Shown one piece after another: positions 8,566 through 15,400 of a stretch of DNA of 29,609 nucleotides. The notes under the pieces are model-generated. The model ran no database searches and was not told where the DNA came from. It was given only the letters and a program-made list of their open reading frames with translations. Source of the stretch: Okeania sp. (GTDB lineage: Bacteria; Cyanobacteriota; Cyanobacteriia; Cyanobacteriales; Microcoleaceae). The stretch spans positions 1 through 29,609 of the forward strand of contig NZ_JAYKGW010000237.1 of the NCBI RefSeq assembly GCF_035285525.1. Direction: 5' to 3'. Both the position numbers and the translations under genes were made by a program. The number at the start of each line of letters is the position of its first letter. Position 1 is the first letter of the stretch.

Positions 8566-9813
8566 TCAAAGCTTGCTTAAAATTAATATATCTTGACCAC
8601 TAACGTATCTCTTTCGACCAGACCATGAACCATAATACTTATTGATTACACTCAAACCAGATTCAGATACCCATTTTAGTAACAAAGACTCTTTATAGGC
8701 AATAGCAACTTCTGGTTTAATAAGGTCAATTGTAAAACATCCATTCAACTCATGCACAAACTGAAAGCTACTTTTCCCTTCACTGATTAAATTTTCTGAT
8801 TCTTGATTAAGTAAAAAACAACTACACAAGCACTTTCCGCCTGGCTTCAATACTCTATATATCTCCTCTAAATAATGTCGTACTTCCTCAGTTTGCATAT
8901 GAGTAAATACAGAGGTCAAAAATATGAAATCAAAACTTTTATCTTCATAAGGAAAAATAAAATCTTTTGCTTCTATATTTCCACCAGGGTTGTAGTGATA
9001 GTTATATATATTCACTAAACAGAAATTGAAATGAGGACGGCGTGTTGATATTTCTTGTTGAGGCCACTTAATAAATCTAGCCATAATCTCGAAACCTTCA
9101 TAACTACCTGGAGGTTTTAAGTAGTGAGCTAAACCATAAGCCATTCTTCCTAAACCACATCCAACTTCTAGAACCCGATCTGTTTGTTTTAATCCTACTA
9201 ATTGGATAAAGTAACCTAGGAAGGCAAAAGAGTTCCTCACAAATGCCCCATTTTCTCCACCGCCGCCTGCCCACTGAAGATACTGTTGACTGGGGAGCGG
9301 TATAGAAGATTGGAGCAAATTTACTAAAATAGAACCTTCATACCTACCAAACAAAGGTGTCAAAATAACTAGAGCATCTTGCCAATTTTGTTGTTTCTGA
9401 TTAAGTGGTAATTTAATCAAAAATCCGGCCTTATCAACATTCTTGAAGTTGGGAAAGGCTTTTTTTAGATGGAGGCTATCCCGTCTTAATTCTAGTTCAA
9501 AATTCTGTATTTCTTCACCTGCAATAGAAAGTTTAAAGTTATCAAGTAAATAATCCTCAAATGAAACTACCCATCCTTCAATAAATAAAACTTGATTTTC
9601 AATGGCTACTTTTTGCAGAGAACCAGTAGTTATTAATAGCTGATTTTGTATGATTTGATTATTCTTGTGTTCTATAGCTATCTGATTTTCTAAATCAGAC
9701 TTGGACTTGAATTTATTTAATTCAGCTTTAAGTTGAATTAGTCTCATTTTTGATGAATCCAATTCTGACCTAATACTTGAAAGTTTATCTGATGTATTTT
9801 TTGTGTTTGACAT
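8566..9813 (-). CDS. Coiled-coil, GWV variant-B module and class I SAM-dependent methyltransferase (415 aa from the ATG)
   Basis: The ORF track starts at a TTG (9843). The first ATG is at 9813 (MSNTKNTSDK) and is preferred.
- N-terminal coiled coil: LSSIRSELDSSKMRLIQLKAELNKF.
- Variant-B module: LFIEGWVVSFEDYLLDNFKLSIAGEEIQNFE...KAGFLIKLPL.
- MTase motif I VLEVGCGLGRMA, acidic FDFIFLTSVFTHM, and LKPGGKCL.
Paralogous to the C-terminal halves of the CDSs at 22612 and 27327. Confidence 0.8.
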   Translation of the reverse strand: MSNTKNTSDKLSSIRSELDSSKMRLIQLKAELNKFKSKSDLENQIAIEHKNNQIIQNQLLITTGSLQKVAIENQVLFIEGWVVSFEDYLLDNFKLSIAGEEIQNFELELRRDSLHLKKAFPNFKNVDKAGFLIKLPLNQKQQNWQDALVILTPLFGRYEGSILVNLLQSSIPLPSQQYLQWAGGGGENGAFVRNSFAFLGYFIQLVGLKQTDRVLEVGCGLGRMAYGLAHYLKPPGSYEGFEIMARFIKWPQQEISTRRPHFNFCLVNIYNYHYNPGGNIEAKDFIFPYEDKSFDFIFLTSVFTHMQTEEVRHYLEEIYRVLKPGGKCLCSCFLLNQESENLISEGKSSFQFVHELNGCFTIDLIKPEVAIAYKESLLLKWVSESGLSVINKYYGSWSGRKRYVSGQDILILSKL

Positions 9814-9883
9814 ATTCAATCTAGTAAAATAAAGTATTAACAATATAATGATTCAAATAGGTAAAATCTCATGCTTTTAAAAT

Positions 9884-10558
9884 TTAATGACCAGAATTAA
9901 CATGACTTATATAAGATTTATTGAGTAAATTTTTGTAAGATGAAAAACTAGATTCTGAACGACCTTCGCCTTTTGTACCTTCAACAATCCAAACATTAGG
10001 ATATCCGTTATCTACTCGATAATTTCCATGACGTTCAATATCTATTAGGCTTGAATGTTGGCTTTTTCCATACTCACAAAATACTATATTTTGCCATCCT
10101 AAATGACTCAGTAAAGATTGCAAAAAATCTTGGGAATAAAGAAATTGATGACCCCATCCATGAAAAGCCCGATTGATAGATAATGTAGAATCAATTCGTC
10201 TCTGGGGATTCTTTTCTGATAAATTAAAATGAGTGGAAAGTACCCACTCAACAGCAGGAGTAGAAAGTCTAATTACTCCACCAGGTTTGAGACTTTTCCA
10301 ACCATGATTTAAGAAAGCGATCGCTCCTTCTAGACTTAGATGTTCGAGAAAATGTTCCCCATAAATATATTCCAAACCATTAAAAGGCCAAGGTTTAGTT
10401 ACGTCCATTGTTTGGTCAATCCCATTAAAAGGACGAATATCTACATTCCACCAATCAGGCAAAATATTTTGGGGTCCACAACCCACTTGGACTTTTTTAA
10501 TGCCATTGGGATGGTTTGGGTTCTTACGAGAGGTATTATTTTGGGTTGATAGATTCAT
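9884..10558 (-). CDS. Class I SAM-dependent methyltransferase (Methyltransf_11-like), 224 aa
   Basis: Motif I VQVGCGPQNILPDWWNVDI; EHFLEHL; post-II LKPGGVIRLSTP. Single-domain protein, 40 nt downstream of the preceding minus-strand gene. Confidence 0.75.
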   Translation of the reverse strand: MNLSTQNNTSRKNPNHPNGIKKVQVGCGPQNILPDWWNVDIRPFNGIDQTMDVTKPWPFNGLEYIYGEHFLEHLSLEGAIAFLNHGWKSLKPGGVIRLSTPAVEWVLSTHFNLSEKNPQRRIDSTLSINRAFHGWGHQFLYSQDFLQSLLSHLGWQNIVFCEYGKSQHSSLIDIERHGNYRVDNGYPNVWIVEGTKGEGRSESSFSSYKNLLNKSYISHVNSGH

Positions 10559-10595
10559 AAATTTGTTCTTGACTTTTAGTTAGAGTATTTTTTGA

Positions 10596-10772
10596 TTAAT
10601 GACTATTTTTTAAAGGTGGAATTTGATCGGCAGTTAATGTCACAATTTTACCATCTTTGAGAATACTAATTGATTCTCCTAATCTTCGATGTCTTTCTAT
10701 TGCAGAAGCGATCGCTGCTTTTACACCAGAATCAATTTGTTCTGATAATTTACCGGAATTTTTTTTATTCAT
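10596..10772 (-). CDS. Small hypothetical protein (58 aa), candidate partner of the zeta-toxin-like ATPase; not in the supplied ORF track because it is under 60 aa
   Basis: My translation is MNKKNSGKLSEQIDSGVKAAIASAIERHRRLGESISILKDGKIVTLTADQIPPLKNSH*. The ATG (10772-10770) overlaps the upstream gene's stop in ATGAATAA, an 8-nt overlap that suggests translational coupling. It contains a HIP1 site (10708-10715). Confidence 0.5.
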   Translation of the reverse strand: MNKKNSGKLSEQIDSGVKAAIASAIERHRRLGESISILKDGKIVTLTADQIPPLKNSH

Positions 10773-11340
10773 TGTTTTTTTCTGTTATTTGTTGCCAGAT
10801 AGAGGGTTGATAAATAATAACTGAAAGGTTGTGTGAGTATTCAGCTACTAATTGGGGATTATCCTCAGAATTATTATAGACAATCCAACTATCACATAAG
10901 GGTAAATATAGCTGAATTAAGTTTTTCTTTCCTCTTTCATAGCGACGGCGAATAACTTCAATAGGAATATTATGTCCTCCACTGTCTACTCGTCTTTGAA
11001 CTCTTTCTATTGCTAATTCAGGAGTTTGTAACCAGAAATAAATTAAATTAATTGTATAGCCATCAGCTTTACAGTTTCTCAAAAAATGAGCGAAGTTTCG
11101 GGCAGCTAGAGTAGTTTCAAAAGCAAAATCAAGTTTTTCTTTAACTAAAGTTTTCAGACGTTCTAACATTAACCTTCCAGCTTGGATAGCAACTGATTCA
11201 GCGTTAAAAGGAGATAGTCCAGTAGCAATTTCATCTGCGTTAACATATTCAAAAATATCAAGAACATTTGGTAATAGTTTCTTAGCAACAGTAGTTTTTC
11301 CTGAGCCATTAGCTCCACCAATTACATATATTTCAGGCAT
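10765..11340 (-). CDS. Zeta-toxin-family / COG4185-like P-loop ATPase (191 aa)
   Basis: Walker A IGGANGSGKTTVAKK at the N-terminus, then DEIA...FAFETTLA...GGHNIPIEVIRRRYERG. This is the typical layout of zeta-toxin-domain predicted ATPases. Confidence 0.7.
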   Translation of the reverse strand: MPEIYVIGGANGSGKTTVAKKLLPNVLDIFEYVNADEIATGLSPFNAESVAIQAGRLMLERLKTLVKEKLDFAFETTLAARNFAHFLRNCKADGYTINLIYFWLQTPELAIERVQRRVDSGGHNIPIEVIRRRYERGKKNLIQLYLPLCDSWIVYNNSEDNPQLVAEYSHNLSVIIYQPSIWQQITEKNNE

Positions 11341-11462
11341 AATTTATTTGAGAAAGTTAGTAAATAATACTTTGTTCTCTAATAGAAAAAATTATACAGT
11401 ATTTGTGATATTATTCATTGGTTTAGTTTTATATTATAATGTAGATTATTGAGGATTTATTA

Positions 11463-11654
11463 ATGTCTAATAATGACAAAAATCCTGAAAATATTCATTC
11501 TGCTACCACCCCAGAAGAATGTGAAAAAATGGAAGAGAAATATGGATGGAAGTTGAAAGATATTAGATTTAATAAAGAACAAGAAATCCTAAAAGTCGAT
11601 TGCGTCTTTGAGGGAGAACAAACATCATTTGAGGATTCGAGATATGACAACTGA
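11463..11654 (+). CDS. Small hypothetical protein (63 aa)
   Basis: ATG ORF divergent from the ATPase gene. Acidic, no recognised motif. Its TGA stop (11652-11654) lies 8 nt after the ATG of the next ORF (11 nt of overlap in total). Confidence 0.45.
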   Translation: MSNNDKNPENIHSATTPEECEKMEEKYGWKLKDIRFNKEQEILKVDCVFEGEQTSFEDSRYDN

Positions 11655-12015
11655 AACTTGGATTGTATACAAAACCGAAAATAGAAGTGATTATGGTTGG
11701 GAAGACCGGATGCTAATGCCAAGAGAAAGTTTGACTAACATTCTTTGGGAAAATTGGACTTACCAAGAAAAACCTTCTATTCCTCAAATAGGAGATAGAA
11801 CCAGAAATTACAAATCAGAATCTGAAAATGGTTTTACTACTCATGGCCGGGATGGAGATTGGGTTGTCACCAGAGTTGAAAAATTTGTTGACCTTAATAC
11901 AGACAAAAAAATATTTGTATGCTATTGCAAGTACGATCCTATAGAGCCAAAATGGAGTTTAATGAATCGTGGCGCTAAGGCATCAGATTTATTGGAGCAA
12001 AAAGCAGAAGTTTAA
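11644..12015 (+). CDS. Hypothetical protein (123 aa from the ATG)
   Basis: The ORF track starts at a TTG (11608). The first ATG at 11644 (MTTETWIVYKTENRSDYGW...) overlaps the upstream ORF, which suggests coupling. W/Y-rich, no recognised domain. Stop TAA at 12013-12015. Confidence 0.5.
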   Translation: MTTETWIVYKTENRSDYGWEDRMLMPRESLTNILWENWTYQEKPSIPQIGDRTRNYKSESENGFTTHGRDGDWVVTRVEKFVDLNTDKKIFVCYCKYDPIEPKWSLMNRGAKASDLLEQKAEV

Positions 12016-12016
12016 G

Positions 12017-12272
12017 CCCACGTTCCGCACGTCAAGTTGTAGCACGCTTAGTATTATAATAATTTGGTAGCGAGTGTAAGTATTTATACTGTAAAAATCA
12101 CCTTGATTGAACTTTTCCATTCGTCAAATTCTCAGACAAATATTAAGTATAAATACTTGCAAAGTATGTGAATTTCTTCTAAATTCTGGATTCACCGGTT
12201 CTGACTTCTGTTTGCGGAGCATGACCTAGGAACTCCTAGCTTGATACTACATTTTGTCGTGCGGAATGTAGG
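12017..12272. mobile_element. MITE-like non-autonomous element (~256 bp) with imperfect 19-bp TIRs and a 6-7 bp target-site duplication
   Basis: Left end cccacgttccgcacgtcaa (12017-12035). The reverse complement of the right end (12254-12272) is cctacattccgcacgacaa, matching at 16/19. It is flanked by the direct repeat TTTAAG(C) at 12011-12016(17) and 12273-12278(79). An internal inverted repeat aagtatttatact/agtataaatactt lies at ~12077-12089 and ~12145-12157. No ORF inside. Confidence 0.65.
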
Positions 12273-12309
12273 TTTAAGCATATTTATCTTAATAGGGAGT
12301 AGGTAATAG

Positions 12310-12337
12310 GTAGGGACGTTGCATGCAACGTCCCTAC
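12310..12337. repeat. Perfect 28-bp palindrome between convergent genes
   Basis: gtagggacgttgcatgcaacgtccctac is fully self-complementary, with GCATGC at its centre. It is preceded by degenerate TAGGGAG/TAGGTAA heptamers (12293-12312). There is no flanking T-run on either strand. Confidence 0.9.
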
Positions 12338-12368
12338 TAAGTCATATCAAATTTATTCAGTAAACCCT

Positions 12369-12417
12369 AATTATCAATTATTAATTATTAATTGTTAATT
12401 ATTAATTATCAATTATT
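12369..12417. repeat. Heptamer tandem array AATTATY x7
   Basis: aattatc aattatt aattatt aattgtt aattatt aattatc aattatt. The last unit contains the TAA stop (12413-12415, minus strand) of the giant CDS. Confidence 0.9.
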
Positions 12418-15400
12418 TAGGACTTTGCATTTTTTTCTGATTTAGCTCCTTGATCGCTTCCAACATTTTCTCTACTCTTTTCTGAAAACTATGATGCTCC
12501 CGAACATATTTTGCCAACTCTAATTTTACTCCTTTATTCTGACTTTTTTGCTGCAAACTATTTGCTACTACTTTTGGCAAATCTGCCTGAGAATTATAAG
12601 TAGAAATTTTATTTCCAAAGACTTTTTCTAAACCTGAAATTTTATCAGATACTATTGTTGCTCCACAAGCAGCAGCATCAAATAAACGATTAGAAATAAA
12701 TCCTTTTTCTCGCATAGTATCCCAATGGTCATTTAATAATACACCACATTTACTGTAATAACGTCGTAAAATTTCATTAGGAATATATTCTCCTTTCAAA
12801 TAACCATCGGGCAATAAATTTCCCCAGTTTGTACCATAAACATCTACCTTTAAATTACTCTCCACTGCATCTTTTACTATCTGGCGATAAACCTTTCGAG
12901 AATTTCCCACAAACAAAATTTCTCCTACTTCTTCAAAACCTTCCTCATCAGGATAAAACAAATTTGGGTCAGTACATTGAAGCAAAGTGTTGACTGGAAC
13001 TTTTACTTGTTTTTGTAACTCCTCAGCATAAGAATGAGATGCCACAAATACTTGGTCATATTCTTCATATTCTTCTAGAGAAACTTTATCTGGATGACTA
13101 ATATTCCACATCAAATTAATATGATAAGACTTAGGTTGATAACGACTCAAACCTCGAATCGTAATTGCCACATCATCTCCAAATATTTGGGGATTTTCCC
13201 ACTCTGGCAAAATATCAATTCTGACAGAATGACCTAATATTTCAAATTGCCGTTTCATGGCTAAGGCAAAATGATAATCTCCCCATTCTTGAGCTTGGTT
13301 CCAGTCAGGAACTCCAATTTTTATAGCGATGCGGAAACTATTACTCATTTTTTCGCGTAAGGCAGAAAATATTGTATAAGCACGATGTTTATAAGTATGT
13401 TTTTCTTTAACTATTTTCTGTAACTCTGCCACTTTTGCTAATCTTAATTCCTCATTTGTGAGATATTCTCGTAATAAATTTTCTAGAGATTCACGAGAAT
13501 GATAAGTAGGCAAAATTCCATCGAAAGACTCTTGATTTCCTAATTCTCCATTGCTAATAACTAAAGCACCAGACATAATTGCATCAAAGACTCTAGAATT
13601 TGTGGAACCCCATTGTTTTGTAACTGAGTTGGCATCATCAATTACTACTTTTGTAGAAGCATAAACTTTTGGCATATCAGTATAAGGAAGAGGTCCGCGA
13701 TTATACTTTTTAAACTTCTCAAATTTTTCCCAGTTATAACCATACAAAGCAAATTCAAAAGGTAAATTATCTGGTTCCAATACGCTCATAATATCTCGTG
13801 GATATTTCCAGAAACTTCCTGTGAAACAGTAGTCAGATTTATATTTATTCTCTAGTTCAGAATTGATATTTTCCTGTTGCTCTAAAACTGCTACTTCCGA
13901 ACTACTTTCTACTTTACTTTTGTCTGCTTCGGGAATTTTATTACCTAGTTCAGAAGAAGACTTTTCTGATTCTTCTAAAATTGCTACTTCTGAATTTTTC
14001 TTTGATTCCGAATCTGATTTGTGTGACTCTTTTGAAATTCCTAATTCCGAATTTTTCCCTACTGCACTTTTCCCTACTTCGGGAATTTTATCACCTAGTT
14101 TAGAAGAGGATTTGCCTGACATTTCTGAAATTCCTATTTCGCAATTTTTCCCTACTTCGGAATTTTTCTCTAATTCAGAATCTAATTTTTCTGACTCTTT
14201 TGAAATTCCTATTTCAGAATTTTTCCCTACTGCACTTTTCCCGGCTTCGGAAATTTTATTACCTAGTTTAGAAGAGGATTTTTCTGACATTTCTGAAATT
14301 CCTATTTCGGAATTTTTCCCTACTTCGGAATTTTTCTCTAATTCAGAATCTAATTTTTCTGACTCTTTTGAAATTCCTATTTCGGAATTTTTCCCTACTT
14401 CGGGAATTTTATTACCTAGTTCAGAAGAAGTTTTTTCTGACTCTTCTGAAATTGAAAATCCCAATTTTTTCTCTAGTTCAGAATCAATTTTTCCTGACTG
14501 ATTTAAAATTCCTACTTTATCACTTCTTCCTTCTTCCTTCTTCCTTCTTCCTTCCTCAAATCTTTCCTCATTAGTTGCTATTCTAATTACCGTTGCAGGT
14601 TTAAATAATTTCTGCTGAATATAATCAGCAGATTTTTGAGAAGAACACCAAAAACAATCATAATCTACCTTTGATTTTTGAGACCCCCAAACCTCAAACC
14701 AATTTCTTGCCCAAGCAACTTTTACTAAACTTGGTTTAGCATTTTCTATTCTTTCTAAATCATAATCATGGCGCATAATCACAATTACATCTAACCTTGT
14801 CATATCATACCAATCATCTCCTTCCGAAATATAATAAACATCCCATCCAAATTCTTTAACTAATTGTTCTCCTAACTCCACCGCTGTAAAATAATCTCCT
14901 GCGGAAGCTGCCATATCTGCTTCAGTTACAGCAAACCCAATAGTTAAAGGATGACCAGTCCAATACATTCCTTTTTCAAAGAAATCTTGTAAATGTTGAC
15001 GACGCAAATAATAAGCATATCTTTGTTCAATTATCGGGCGATTTTTCAAGATTTTCTCGATAAATTCTTTCCCTTTATTAAACCGAGAAAAACCGCGATT
15101 ATGAAAAGCAGTTAAATTATTAGCACTGATAATTTCTTTGCCTAATTTTTGTCGAATAGTCAAACATAAATCTACATCCTCATAACCATAAAAATAGTCT
15201 TCATTAAAACCTCCCACTGCCAGAAAATCTTCTCGCCGACACATCATTAAAGCTCCAGTAACAACAGGTACTTTCCAAGGAGCAGATTGTACCTTTAATA
15301 ATTGGGGAGCATATCTAACTTCATAAGGATAAAAAGGTTCATTTTGACTGTGGAAATATAACTGAACTCCTAAATGTTGAGTAGGAGGAAAAGCCAAAGA

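Noticed and set aside
9814-9843. TTG start at 9843 for the methyltransferase CDS, and TTG start at 11608 for the 135-aa ORF
   Set aside because: Both extensions begin at TTG and add odd leader peptides (MLILYFTRLN, MRENKHHLRIRD). ATG codons at 9813 and 11644 give cleaner N-termini, and at 11644 a start/stop overlap with the upstream ORF. The exact starts remain unverified.
12310-12337. Canonical rho-independent bidirectional terminator
   Set aside because: The stem is very strong, but there is no T/U-run after it on either strand. It is therefore reported only as a palindrome with possible, unproven terminator or processing function.
13863-14574. 212-aa and 68-aa plus-strand ORFs (13863-14501, 14368-14574)
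   Set aside because: They are antisense to the 171-nt tandem repeat inside the giant minus-strand CDS. The low-complexity S/E/F/P-rich translation and periodicity are by-products of the repeat. The minus-strand frame is continuous with well-supported flanking GT domains.
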